Positions 50,740-64,000 of a DNA stretch of 64,000 nucleotides are shown here, in pieces. Source of the stretch: Camelus ferus (lineage: Eukaryota); assembly GCF_009834535.1 (NCBI RefSeq), contig NC_045707.1, positions 55,988,001 to 56,052,000 on the forward strand, written 5' to 3'. Numbering within the stretch: the stretch's first letter is position 1; every line of letters starts with the position of its first letter. The translations under genes were made by a program, and so were the position numbers. The notes below the pieces were generated by a model. It was given only the letters and a program-made list of their open reading frames with translations, was not told where the DNA came from and ran no database searches.

Positions 50740-52014
50740 GAATTTGATAGACTCTTTAGGAAGTAGAAGGAGGAAATGACATGCTCAAATTAAACCATTT
50801 TCACTCCAACCTCAACCCATGCACCTAAGAAGAATCATCCTGTATAATGTAAGTTAATGGAGCCCATGATTCTCTCCTGGGAATGGGCAGTATTATCTTT
50901 CACTGATTCAACATGTCCACCTGAAAGGCACTGGGCTCTTCAAATTTGCTGGGTCACACCTTCATTGTGCAGTTAATTAAGTATTTTAGCCTCCAAACTT
51001 TCCTGCTTCTTTCTGAGACAGAGTAAGCAACAATGTATTTGTCTTCAGCAGAACAGTTGCCAACATCAATAAAACTTGAAGGAGAGATTTCCCACAATGA
51101 GGATTGACTGTTATGATCCCTTTAAGGGAGGAATAATAGAGAATTCAATTCCTGACCTCAAACGTCAGAAGAGCTACACTTTCCCCTCCAATGTTAAATG
51201 TAAGGGCAGATCCAGCCTCAAGGGAATTCTTATTTGTTTCTTTAAAATCTGTAAACGTAAAAACATAGTATTTAAAAGAGGATTGTTTTAAACATTTTCA
51301 AAGACAACAATCTTAACCACTAATCAGTATAAATTTGATGGACTGCCAAAGGCATGTTAGGCCATGGATTTTTAAGACTCTGAAGACCACACAGGAAATC
51401 CCAAAGAAATCATTATCAAGTAATATAAATCAAGCTACATTTTGCCACAGGGATAGACTACAATGCTTTACAGCAACCTCAGTGAAATCAGTAGATGCAG
51501 CCTAGCGATAGGGAAGCATACGTAGGGTTGCTGGCTGCAAGATGCTAACTAGAAAAAAGACATTTGGAATATGGACTCAGAAGAGATGGTAGACATATAT
51601 ATTACAAAAGTTAAGAGTTCAGAGAAATAACCATGAAGCATTTAAGCCAAGTGATGAAAGGAATGAAAATAAGGCAAGGATCTGGTTGTTAAATTTCAAG
51701 TAAAATCTGAAACTTTGGCAAAGATAATGGAATTAGCATCTGGTCTTTGTAATGAAGTGTTTGAGGTTGACCCAGTCATGGAATGAAGCGTAAAAATCAG
51801 GAAATGCATAAATGAAGCGCTTAAACTAAAATGACATACGAGGTCCATAAGAAAATGGCCAAGCTGTTATCTGGCACATATCACCTTCAGAAAATCCCAC
51901 TGGTAATCTCAAGGTTACAAGAAGCACCTGCAAGGTCCCCTCCCTCCTTCGTGCCCTCATACACTATGCTTCACACCTACCTCTTTACATCTAAAGGTGG
52001 TTTACATGTATTTT

Positions 52015-52419
52015 AAAAAAAAAGATAAAAGAAACAAACAAGCAGGCCCAAAATGGCGTCACTTGTGCTGAGCTCCAGGTCAGCAAACTAAGACAGTATC
52101 TAATCAAATCGTAGTTTCAGCCTCTCCCAGTTATGTGACCTTTAACCAGCCATTCTGGAATTAAGTGATCAGCACTAGTGAGGTAGTCTGCATGACAGAC
52201 CCCAGCCCTTCCCTCAAAAGAAAGTGACCTTGACTGAAACAATCCACTTTTTGTTAGAAATTTGTCTGTTTCCTTCTATCTTCTGTCTATAAGAGCCTTC
52301 CATTTTGTACAGCTCCTAGGAACACCTTTCTACTTGCTAGATGGGATGCTGCCCAGCTCATGAATTGCTGAATAAAGCCAGTTAGATCACTAAATTTATT
52401 CAGTTGTTTTTTTTAAACA
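52015..52419 (+). mobile_element. ERV1 solo LTR
   Basis: cccaaaatggcgtcactt, TATA-like ctataaga, AATAAA near 52371, ends ...ttaaaca. Confidence 0.7.
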
Positions 52420-52739
52420 GCAGCTCCTCTTTTATCTTTTCTTCCATATCGCTGATTCTCAAACTGCCTATTGGATCTTTCCATCTGGATTTCTCAGCAG
52501 TACTTTAGACTTAACATTTTTAAAGGTCAATTACTCCTCATCTTCTTAAAAAAAAAAAAAAGTTCCTCAACCACATCTGACTATTTCTGTGAGAAGCATC
52601 TTCATTTTCACTTCTTGCTTACTCCAATATTCATTTGGTTTCAAAATCAAATAATTCAAACAATGCCCTGTCTTTTGTATCTTTACGTTCTGCTCCTTTC
52701 AGTAATAATGGTATTCTGGCTCTCATTACCTCTTACGTT

Positions 52740-53205
52740 TGCCAGCTCAAAATTGGCACTTGCCATCTGCCTCTACAAGGATTAGGTCATTAGCCACTGC
52801 AGCCACTGACCTTCAACACACCTTCAAAGGAGTTCAGGGTCAAGATCAGGAAAGGAACAAGGCACTCTGTGCTCTGGGAAAAACTGGCGGAACAACTCTT
52901 CAGATAGGCATTTTCAGTTGAAGATTTTATGAGCACAAATTCTTGTGTATCATCATATCTAGAAAAGCACTAAAATCATTTATGGTGACATCTGCTCCTT
53001 GGGACTAGCAGCAAGCCTCTGCCAAAATGTATTTGACTGCACATACCCACCTTCACTAAAATATGTAAAACTGTCCTTCCCCCCAACCTCTTTGGAGTAG
53101 TTTCTCAGAGCTGTCCGTGATACTGTCTCCTGGGCTATAGTCCTCATTTTGCTCCAAACAAACCTTTGCTCACACCTCTTACATTGTGCATTTTTGTTGT
53201 CAACA
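52740..53205 (+). mobile_element. ERV1 solo LTR, MER41-like (artiodactyl)
   Basis: TG...CA ends with a near 4-bp TSD cgtt/ggtt. gaccttcaacacacc...aggagttcaggg and ctgtctcctgggctatagtcctca motifs as recalled for MER41-like LTRs. Confidence 0.7.
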
Positions 53206-53669
53206 GGTTGATTGCTGAAATGGCCCCTAATTTGTTTCCCATCTGATTGTTTTCTATATGCTTCCTTTGTAATCCTCCCAAAATACTACATCAAGATTAC
53301 ATTTCTAAGGCGTGAAATGTATGGAAGATCCTTGTTTAAACACCACCCACAATTTCCTATTCCTTACCAACAAAATACACTTGTTTTGGCTTAATGTGTA
53401 GGGTCCTCAACAATCTGTTTCTAGTCTCTTTTTTCTATCTCACATTCCTCAACATGCCTATGGTATGTCACATTATAGCCAAACTAGACAAAAAGGATTT
53501 CCCCCTAATGCTTTGTACACTTCCATGACAGTTCCCTCTACCTGGTGATAGTTTCTAGGCTAGAAACATCTCCCTCAAAAGCTTATTACCTCAAAGAAGC
53601 CTTTGTCATTCATGTTGAAGAGCAAAGTCTTTCCCTTACTTAAACTGCTAAGACAGAAACAAGGAGTTA

Positions 53670-53870
53670 TAGAAGAGTAGTTAAGACAATGGACTTTGCA
53701 AGCCAACCATCGGGATTCTAAAGTTAGCTCTGCTAACCATTTAGCTGATCATCAAGTTACTTTACAGACCACATTTATTCATCTGCAAAACAGGAATAAT
53801 AATAATAACAACAACAACAATAACAACAACAATATTTTAAGGATTGTTATGAGAACTAAACATACCAGCA
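53670..53870 (+). mobile_element. MIR fragment with an (AAT/AAC)n expansion
   Basis: gtagttaaga...ggacttt ... tcatctgcaaaacaggaataataat ... ggattgttatgagaactaaa. Confidence 0.65.
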
Positions 53871-54289
53871 CCTGATAAGCACCTGCCAGCCATCACCATC
53901 ATCATCATTCCCCATTCCTTCTGATGGTATAATCAAAATACTGTGACACCAGAGGAAATACGGTTGGTACTACATCTTAATCATCACGAACAACCAGCAT
54001 TACTAGAATATATGGCACATAGGAGCTCAATAAATATTTGCTGGAATTATCCATAAATGAATGATTCTACAAACATGAAATTAGTAAGAGATTAAAGCTA
54101 AGTCTTAAAATTACGGTAAAAAAAAAATGAGTGCATATAGAAAAGGTAACAGAAAAAAATAGAGCTTAAAAGAGTAGGAAGCGTAGGGAAAAAAATTAAC
54201 AAGCCCAGTACTGTAAACTTGCTGCCAGAAAAGCTTACGGAACTGCAGAAACATCATTGATAGATCAAGGAAGGTAGCAGTTTCATACT

Positions 54290-54600
54290 AGTGCTCATTA
54301 GTCTATGGCTACATATTGAATGTGCTAAAGATTAAATGGAATATGTCAAGAGTAAGGTGACCAGAATGGTTAAGGACTGAAAAATAAAGCCAAATAAGAA
54401 ATTTCTGAAAAAAGCAAATGGAATATTTAAACTACAAGAGAAAAGCTAAAGAGGAGATAGGACCATTGCCTTAAAATACCTGAATGGTTCTCTCTTGGTA
54501 AAGGGAATAGCTGGCTTCTGCGTGGCTTCACAGTGAAAGGCTTAATAAGGGAAAGTGTAATGGAAAGAATGTTTTGACTCAATAATAATAAAACTATGAA
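54290..54600 (+). mobile_element. L3/CR1 fragment (continues at about 55400-55495 after an L1 insertion)
   Basis: aggtgaccagaatggt ... aaatacctgaa ...; the downstream gtagtgagtcctcc...cattcaagcagaaactagat is the L3 3' end. Confidence 0.6.
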
Positions 54601-54612
54601 AGTTGTGGGTAT

Positions 54613-55385
54613 TCAAACAATAAGTGATGAAGAGCATGTGGAGAAAAGGGAACCCTCCTACACTGCTGGTGGGAATGTAGTTAGGTGCAGCCAGTATGGA
54701 AAACAGTATGGAGATTCCTTTAAAAAAAAAAAACAAACTGAAAATAGACTTACACTATGATCCATCAATCCCACTCCTGGGCATATATCTGGAAGGAACT
54801 CTAATTCAAAAAGATACATGCACCTCAATATTCATCATATCAGCACTATTTACAATAGCCAAGACCTAAATGTCCATCACAGATGACTAGATAAAGATGA
54901 TGTGGTATATTTATATGATGGTATACTACTCAGCCATTAAAAAGGATAAAATGCCATTTGCAGCAACATGGATGGACCTGGAGATTGTCATTCTAAGTGA
55001 AGTAAGCCAGAAACAGAAACAAAAATACCATATGATATCACTTATATGTGGAATCTAAAAAAAAAAGGGACACAAATGAACTCATTTACAAAACAGAGAC
55101 AGGCTCACAGACATAAAAAACAAACTTATGTTTACCAGAGGGGAATGGGTATGGGAAGAGATAAACTGGGAGTTCAAGATCTGTAGATATAACTACTGTA
55201 TATAAAATAAACAAGGACCGACTCTATAGCACAGGGAACTATAGTCAACACCTTGTAATGCTATAATGAAAGAGAATATGAAAAGGAATGAATATACATA
55301 TATAAAACTGAATCACTATGCTGTATACCAGAAATTAACACAACATTGTAAAGTAACCATACCTCAATTTAAAAAAAAAAAAAAA
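54613..55385 (+). mobile_element. 5'-truncated L1 (ORF2 end plus 3'UTR, poly-A)
   Basis: gtggagaaaagggaaccctcctacactgctggtgggaatgt ... poly-A. Approximate TSD aaagttgtgggtat / aaggatgtgggcat. Confidence 0.93.
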
Positions 55386-55775
55386 GGATGTGGGCATATG
55401 TGAGACTAGATCAGCCTATTATTACACTGTAGTGAGTCCTCCAGAAACACAAGCATTCAAGCAGAAACTAGATAGCATCTGTCAGAAATGCTAGAAAATG
55501 TTTAAATATACATATTGCCCTAAGTACTATGTAATGAGTTCTTACACACTGAAAGGAAAAGATAATAGTAAACATTAGTACAGCGAGGCTAAGGAATAAA
55601 TGAATGTACTAATCTGATATGTTTGTTAAAATCTGAGTTTCCACAGATTTTAATAAATTGGGTACACAATATGATTTCAATCAAGGAAACTATATATATC
55701 AGTTAAATATAATAATCAAAAATAAAAACTGTTATTCTAGGGACAGAAGTTATAAGTGATTTTAGTGTTTCTTTA

Positions 55776-56826
55776 CTTTTTTTTCTTGTATATATATATA
55801 TATATTTTACTGAGGTATAGTAAGTTTACAATGTTTTGTCAATTTCTGGTGCACAGGATAATGCTTCAGTCATACATGAACATACACATATTCATTTTCT
55901 TATTCTTTTTCACTATAAGTTACTACAAGATATTGAATATAGTTCCCTGTGCTATATAGTATGAACCTGCTGTTTTATCTATTTTATATATATTAGTTCA
56001 TATCTGAAAATCTCGAACTCCCAATTTATCCCTTCCCACCTCCTTGTCCACCAGTAACCTTAAGTTTGTTTTCTATGTCTGAGAGTCTGTTTCTGTTTTG
56101 TAGATGAGTTCACTAATGTCCTCTTTTAATCTTTTTTTAGATTCCACATATGAGTAATATATATGGTATTTTTGTTTCTGTTTCTGGCTTACTTCACTTA
56201 GAATGACAATCTCCAGGTCCATCCATGTTGCTGCAAATGGCATTATTTTATTCTTTTTTATGGCTGAGTAATATTTCATTGTATAACACAACTTATTTAT
56301 CCAGTTACCTGTCGATAGACATTTAGGTTGTTTCCATGTCTTGGCTAATGTAAATATTGCTGTTATGAACACTGGGGTACATACATCCTTTTGAATTAAG
56401 GTTCCCTCTGGATATATGCCCAGGAGTGGGATTACTGGATCATATGGTAAGTCTATTTTAGTCTTCTGAGGACTCTCCAAACTATTTTCCATACTGACTA
56501 CACCAAACAACATTCCCATCAGCAGTGTAGGAGGATTCCCTTTTCTCGACAACCTCTCCAGCATTCATCATTTGTGGACTTTTGAATGTAGGCCATCCTG
56601 ACTGGTGTGAGGTGATACCTCATTGTAGTTTCGATTTGCATGTCTCTGATAATTAGTGATATTGAGCATTTATTCATATGCCTATTGGCCATTTGTATGT
56701 CTTCTTTGGAGAATTGCTTATTTAGGTTTCCCGCCCATTTTTGGATTTTTTTTTTTTTATTAAGCTGTATGAGCTGTTTATATATTCCGAAAATTAAGCC
56801 CTTGTCAGTCTCATCTTTTGTAGACA
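55776..56826 (-). mobile_element. 5'-truncated L1 (frameshifted ORF2 C-terminus plus 3'UTR)
   Basis: ORFs 56073..56564 ([15 protein letters not shown]...WKQPKC...[11 protein letters not shown]) and 56519..56827 ([13 protein letters not shown]...[10 protein letters not shown]) are L1 ORF2 pieces. Confidence 0.94.
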
Positions 56827-59800
56827 TTTTCTGTTTCTTAAAATTTGTCTTTAATCATTATAAAATCATGCTTTAGGGAAGTCACATTTCTTGCATAAAA
56901 GAAAATCTAATTCTCAATATTTTTCTATAGTCTTACAAGATATTTATAAAAGAAATAAGAATAAAAGAAAGTAAAAAGGGAAGAAGGGAGACAGATCAAG
57001 CCAGTTGAGGATTTACAATCTAATGTGCTCATTGATTTCAATAATCCTTGAGACACCTTTTATCACATATAAAAGACAGCCTCCAAAATTCCATCTTAAC
57101 TGTCTTTGACAAAACTATTCCACATGATACAGAAAAATATCCAATAGATTAAGTTACTAAAACTCCACTTGATCTTAGTTCTATCCACATTTCAAATCGA
57201 TCTGATGTCACTTTAAATGCCCCTTCCATACAAAAGAGTTAGTTAAGTCTCCTGACGGTTTTCATTAGATGGACAAGTTGTCATACAAGCAGATTTCCAG
57301 TTGACCATTATTTTAAAGCAATTCCTTGCCTCTTATTGGGTCTTTTTTTAATTCCCCAGAAACCTGGAGATTTGTGAATCAATTTTCTTCATATAATCAC
57401 TATCAGAGAGATACAGTTGAAATAACATCTGAGGACAGCTAGTGTAAGACAACTGCAATAACTGATTTTATTTCTAGCAGTATTTCAGTCAGATAGATGA
57501 AGTAGCCACTGAGAATGACAAATTAAGGCATGAATATTCTCCTAAAATTTCAGGTACTTTAAAATAACTTAGGAAGCAGAGCATGCTATATATGGAAAAA
57601 TTCAAATAAACCTCAAAAAAACACAGTAATTTTACCAATAGCAAGGACTTAATATCAAATAATATTTTTCATGTTATAAATGATTCCTTTATTCAGAAAA
57701 ATGTACATGAAGTCTTACCATTGCAATTTAAAAAATTGTATTTTGAGTATCTAAAATAATTTGCAAATATATGGAACTTTAGACTTGTCCTATATTTGAA
57801 AATAACAGTTTACACAATTTTCCCCAGAGTATTCCTTATACTCATTTACACTGATGATTCCTATTTGTACTTTTTCTAACACTGATTATGATTTATGCAT
57901 AATATTAGGTTAAGAAATGTGTATGGTAAGTAGTCAAATTATCATTTGTGAAATCATTCTTGTAAAATTTCGTTCTTGTGAAATACACCATTCTTGTGCA
58001 ACACATGTATGTAAGAAATTTACCAAAGCCTCATTAATTCATTAGAGTACAGTTTTTATGAGAGCAGATTTTTCTGGATCCCAATGTCTAAAAGACCTTA
58101 GTACTCAGTAAGTGCTCAATAAATATTTCCTCCATAAAGTGAATGAAAACCACTTGATGTGTTTTAGAAAAATGTGGTTGGAAAATATAAAATTTCCCAC
58201 GCTTTAAGGAGGATTTTATAGGACCAATTTTGGGATCAATATTCTGTGTGTGAAATGCTTGTTTTGTATTCTAATAGTTCTGCTATTAGTGTAAATTATA
58301 GCTAATTTCTATGTTGTTTAAAACAGCTTGCAATGTGGAACTGATATAAACATGGCATCCTTGCTTTTTACATGAAAGATAAAATTTATTCACTATACTT
58401 GAAGAAAACCCAACATCTTCCAACATTTGACAATAATCATCATAAGCTTTCTTTGACCAAAGCGGAGGGAAAACACATCCACTTTTACTTTTTTAAAGAA
58501 AGTGGTGTGTAAGAACAACTGATTATACTTCGCTTCTCTCTCATTAAGCGTGTATAGACTGATTATGAGCAGCATTTTCTCTTCATACACAAAACAAAAG
58601 TAAATTATCATTACACATAAGCAAAGCATTCCAGGTTTCTTCAGAAAAGGCTCTGCAGCATATAAATTCTCAGTTTCAGTTCCTCCAAAATGGAAGGAGA
58701 TTAAGGTGAAATATATCGAAAGGACTGCCCTATTTTAGATAATGTTCAATTTATTTAAACCTATACCACAAGTATTTCTATCTAATACAAAAAATAGCTG
58801 TGGAAATACTGTACATCCCAAGCCTGGAGCTCCTATGTTTCTTCTCAAAGTTACCAATCCAGGGAAAATTTGTAAAAAAGGATTATTTGTTGTATATTAC
58901 CCACCCCTGATATGAATCCCCAACTCACTCTCATATTCCAGTCCCAAAACCACTAGGCGCCAGACAAGTGGCAAGGACTGATTACATGTACAGAATCTAT
59001 TCCTGCCTCCAATCCCTATCTATGCCCAGGGACCGTAAGTTTAAAAAATAAGAAAAAATGCAACTAAGTATTTGCAAGAAGCAATCAAATTTATTTTTTA
59101 TTTTCTAGTTCCATTTATATCCTGTATCTTTACACTACTTCTGTGCTTTTGTTCCTTCTGTGGCACCATCTCAAGATGCCCATTTCCCCTACAGAAATCT
59201 TCTCCTTCAAAATGAGTTTCAATGCAACTTTCTCCTTAAACCCAACACTGTACCAAGAGGATTTAAGCATTCCTTCTTCTGTGCAGTCAAAAAGTGTGTT
59301 ACACTTATTTTACTCCCCTCTGTAGTGTCAGCTCTGTGATGTACTACCAGTCTCTTCCTCCCCAGGTTACAATGACATTAAAAGCAAGATCTGAGGGTTT
59401 TTCTTTTTATTTATCTTATAAAGTACCTAGTATGATACTGAGTAGACATTCAAGAAAAAATTGTTGAACTGGATTTGGAATTTTCTTCCAGTGTATATTA
59501 CTTATGCCAATGTAAATGACTAGTGATTAGCTGTAATATGTTTTATTTCTCACCATGGATGCTTTCATTTACTATTTCTAAATGCTGGCAGATTTATAAA
59601 TAAATAATTTCAGAGTCAATCATTTTCTCTTACGCAGGATAGAAAGTCAATTGAGATATCTTCCTCTTCTCATTAAAATAAATCAGTAAGTAACGGATTA
59701 AAGAGAGTCAAGAAATCTTTTTTTTTAAATACGCATAGAGAGAAAGAAACCTTGCAAGCAGTGGCTAATACCAAATGGAGAGCAAGATTATATAAAAGTT

Positions 59801-60081
59801 TTAAGTGTTATTTGATATAGTAATGGACAAAACTTCTAGCTTATACAAATTTACACTTAAAAAAGTTAATTACAGAAAACCTATACACAAAAATGTTAAC
59901 AGAGAAGAAAAATGTATTATAAAGTGAGTTAAAACTGACTAGAAACTCTGCATAGTAAGAAGGCTTGTTATAACTTCTGAACTAAATAGACAACAAGGGA
60001 TGACTAAAATTATAATTTTGAACTGCACTTGAGATGTAACAAGTGGCAGCAGAAAGAAACAGTGGACTAGAAAAGACTCAG

Positions 60082-60730
60082 CCATGTGACCAAGTAGTCC
60101 CACTTCTGAGTGTATATCCAGAGAAAACTATAACTCAAAAAGACACCTGCACCCCAATGTTCACAGCAACACTACTTACAATAGCCAAGACGTGGAAACA
60201 ACCGAAGTGTACACCGACTGATGACTGGATGAAGAAGATGCAGCATAAATATACAATAGAATATTACTCTGCCATAAGAATGAATGAAATAATGCCATTG
60301 CAGTAACACGGATGGACCTAGAGATCATCATATTAAGTGTAGTTAAGTTAGACAAATACCTTATGGTATCACTTATATGTGGAATCTAAAAAAAATGACA
60401 CAAATAAACTTACTTTTAAAACAGAAACAGACTCACAGACATAGAAAACAAACATGGTTATCAAAGAAGGAAGGGGGTGGGAGGGATAATTAGGAGTTTG
60501 GGATTAACAGATACACATCACTCTATATAAAATAGATAAACAACAAGGACCTACTGTTTAGCACACAGAATTATGTTAAATATCTTATAATAACCTATAA
60601 TGGAAAAGAATCTGAAAAAGAACATATATATATGTATGTGTATATGTGCAGTTGAATCACTTTGCTGTAAACCCAAAAATTAACACAACATTGTAAATCA
60701 ACTATACTTCAATTAAAAAAAAAAACAACA
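60082..60730 (+). mobile_element. 5'-truncated L1 3' end
   Basis: ORF 60043..60306 contains [24 protein letters not shown]; poly-A; actcag occurs on both flanks. Confidence 0.92.
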
Positions 60731-62387
60731 AACTCAGTACAAGTTTTGCCTCCAGTACCTACAGAGGGCCTCCTGGCATGCAGAGGGTGATCTGTAAGTA
60801 TCTGAACAGTAAATAAATGAAAGAAGTGAGAATGGGTAATGCTTGATGATTAATGCATTTGATCTTCCAGTCCAGCTTCCATACCTACAAACCAACAGCA
60901 ATAATTCTTTTCTAATTTAGGAATTTTAGAGATTAAGTAAGATTATAAATATAATAGGGCTTTTAAAACTACAAAGCAATGTACAAATAAAAATCATTTT
61001 ATTATAATTAACTTATCATTTACATATAGGAATAAAATTATATTGGCAATTTTTTTCAAGTATAATATCAAAAATTCTGGAAAAAAAATTTTTAAAGATA
61101 GACGTACACTAATTATATTACCATCCCCCTGCTTTTGTTTTCCTGAAGCATATCAAAAAGTTCAGGATGTTTTAGGTAATTTAGTTAATAATCTCCGAGG
61201 TATCTGGAATTTTAATAAAATTTTAGTTCAATTTATATTCATATAAATTCATATTCATTGCTTTTAAATCCCCAGAGAAGAAGCCACAACCATTTTTTAA
61301 AGACTGCCTCTAGGGATGTCAACTTCTACATCCAATTGAAATAATGAGTCTTTATAAAACAACATCAAATAAGACTTGAAATTTCTTAGAGCCCATTTTA
61401 AGTTAATAATGGGCTACTCACTTTCAGATAGCTACAAATATAAATTGGACAATTCTGCTTTAATCATCCATCTGTATTTTAAATAGTTTTACTTTATTTT
61501 ACTTACATATTCACATAAATTCAGACAATTCCTTTCTAGCCTAAATCTCAATTTAAATATATGGATTAGGGTGACTCCAACACTCATCATACCAATATTC
61601 TGTTGTCAGTGCATTTATGATGTCCTAGAATAAATTAGTCTGGATATTTTGTGCTTGTTAGTTATTCCAGTGAGGTGAGTTTTGCCTCTTCAGATGCTGT
61701 TCCACATACCCTCACTCAATTTGGCCACACATTCAGAGGTCCTATGTAATTTATCTAAGGTCCAAGAACAGATGGACCTTTATGGAATATTATTTACAGA
61801 AATATGCACTGCCTCTCAGATTACCCTTCTGGTGCATCTAAGTCTACCTTTTGTGCGTATGTCACACATGAAACTTGGACTGCATCATCCACTTTATCTC
61901 ACAGAGGCAGCGCTCAGACATGACAAGGAGAGAAAATGGTATTTTCCCAACGATCGATGTTGAGCCAAGGGGAACTAGCTAGCCTCCCTTTTTGCTCCTC
62001 AGGAACAATACAATTTAGAGGTTTGTTCCTAACAGTCTGTTTTCAGCTTCTCTGCCCCTCCAGTCTTCTGTCAGAGAGTTAATGGTCTGGAAACTAACAC
62101 TCAAATGCACTGGGTGAGATATCTAATTAAAGAAACCCTGGGTGAATCCTTTTATAAAGAAAAATCATTCGGCAATGAACACAATTACCTCCCTATATGA
62201 TATTTCATGGGTTTAAAAACTGTATACTTGAGTGAGATAGCCCATTTGCTTTCTAGAATATTTCTGTTAATTATTTAGAATTTAAAGATTTACCTTCCCA
62301 TTCCTGAGTGCTTCAAACAGCCTCTCAGTCATATGGATGAAGGGACTGTTGATGTACATAATTCATGTACTGAAGAATGGTGTGTAT

Positions 62388-62583
62388 TTTGGCAGATACA
62401 AACTACTCTGTACAGAATAAACAAAGTCCTACTGTATGGCACAGGGAACTATATTCAATAGCTTGTAATAATCTATAGTGAAAAAGAATTTATATATATA
62501 TATAACTGAATCACTATGCTGTACACCAGAAACTAATACAACATTGTAAATCAATTATACTTATTTTTTTTAAATGAGGGGGA
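62388..62583 (+). mobile_element. Short L1 3' end with a perfect 12-bp TSD
   Basis: TSD aatggtgtgtat at 62376-62387 and 62584-62595. Confidence 0.9.
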
Positions 62584-64000
62584 AATGGTGTGTATATATG
62601 TATCTACATTCTATATTTCTTCTCCCCCAGGGAAATAAAATAAATAGAAATGCCAAATACTGTCATTTGAATATTTATTTGATCCTGGTGGGCAAGCTGA
62701 AAAGGAACTGAACTGTAGGTATCAAGGAAAATAACAGCCCAAACTCCTAACTACTTGACTCAAGTAATTTTAATTTTACTTACTTGTGTGACTAATTGAG
62801 CCATTTCTTCTTTTCTTTAAAAAAAAAACAAAACTGCTGTTGATGGAAATAATCAAGGAAACAATTTTCTGAATCCTTTATCATTTGTCAACCACTTAGG
62901 TTGCTGCTCTCTGACACTGTTTAACTCAACTGCACAAAATAAAAGTCTCAACTTTCCTGGACCTTCCCTCCCCCGTCCTGTCCCCAGAGCACTCTGTCCA
63001 CATCCTATGATGGTTGAATTGTCCTGTACCTGTTTCCTTTGCTGTCTCTCTCAGTAGACTGAATATGTCTCAAAGAGCCCTTGCTTTGTAAAAAGCTCTT
63101 TGACATTCATGAAGAGGTGAGGCAGGGCAAAAGGCAAATATTTGTTTAAGCACCTATTATGTCCCAGACAAAGATTGCCCTTTGTTATTAAATCCCAAAT
63201 TTAATCATCACTGCTTTATAAATTTCCCAGGGGTAAAGAACTCACCTTCTTTAATTATAAACTTCAAGGTTTGTCTTTCAGAAACAGCTTTCAAGTAACA
63301 AAAATAATACATCAAGACTTTTTCAAACAAGGAAATCCTATAAAATTTTAGGGAAAAAAAAAGTCAATATAAGCAGTTTTCACTTTTTTTTTTCTTTTTT
63401 AACATTTATAAACTCCTTAACTTCATATACTTTGATTTGGATCCCCTTCCTCTTGGCCAAAACCGTTTTCTGAAAGGTGGCCAACCTCCCTAATCCCACT
63501 AAAACTCTCTCCTCTACTATTCCATAAATCTGTACTCCTCTTTCTGTTCTCAGAAGTTCATTTTCTCTTTTCTTCTGTTTCCACTTCCCACTTGAAACCA
63601 GAAAACTTTTAACTGTATTGTTTTCTTCAAATTACCACCCAAAAGAATTCAACTGTCTTGTCTTATCTTGTCAATGTCCAATATTTGTTCCACCAAAAAA
63701 ATCTCTTTCCTATTTTCAATTGTTCTGCTCAGTGTATCCATCTGGAAGTCATGATGTCATGTGGGTCACTCAACTCAACATATCCAAAATTTAACATCTG
63801 TTTAACTGTATTTCTTACATTTGCTAATGGTACCCAGTCTTCCCAGACACCCTGGACCAAAACATTGGGGCCATCTTTGATTTCCTCTGATATTCTAACC
63901 TGCATCAAGTCCTGTTGATAAATAATACTTTTACAGTACTTCACACTTCTTGTCATTCTCCGTACATTCCAGCTTCTATTAACATTCAGGCTCTCATGGC

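Larger units (their letters stand above)
15502..64000 (-). other. TMTC2: TMTC2 intron 1 (partial; exon 1 lies beyond the window)
   Basis: Upstream of the exon-2 acceptor on the minus strand, with a polypyrimidine tract at 15504-15540. No MIAELV...DD-like first exon or large CpG island was seen. Confidence 0.8.

Noticed and set aside
56073..56827. Protein-coding gene or active L1
   Set aside because: Frameshifted C-terminal ORF2 fragment of a 1-kb 5'-truncated L1, with no ORF1, endonuclease or RT core.

Overview
Mammalian genomic DNA, AT-rich and dense in interspersed repeats. It is most likely from a camelid: there are at least 8 tRNA-Ala(AGC)-derived SINEs resembling camelid Vic-1 and many cetartiodactyl-type L1 3' ends, and I saw no Alu, Bov-A/Bov-B or PRE1 elements. 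The window lies inside TMTC2 (ER protein O-mannosyltransferase, TPR-containing) on the minus strand. Only one coding exon is present, 14931-15501 (571 bp, canonical AG/GT, matching my recollection of human exon 2). The rest appears to be intron 1 (15502-64000) and intron 2 (1-14930). All other listed ORFs are L1 debris or chance ORFs. I found no evidence for a new protein-coding system. The best candidates for undescribed structure are: (1) a compact CpG-rich YY1/NRF1 tandem-motif module in intron 1 (about 18.9-19.1 kb), within a wider CpG-retaining zone, which looks like an unannotated promoter; (2) three retroelements stacked at one target site and separated by copies of the same target duplication (2468-2980); (3) a perfect spacerless 44-bp palindrome (38384-38427); (4) a close inverted L1 pair, and rearranged or chimeric L1 insertions. 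Repeat family names come from visual recall of consensus sequences, not from a RepeatMasker run, and repeat boundaries are approximate.
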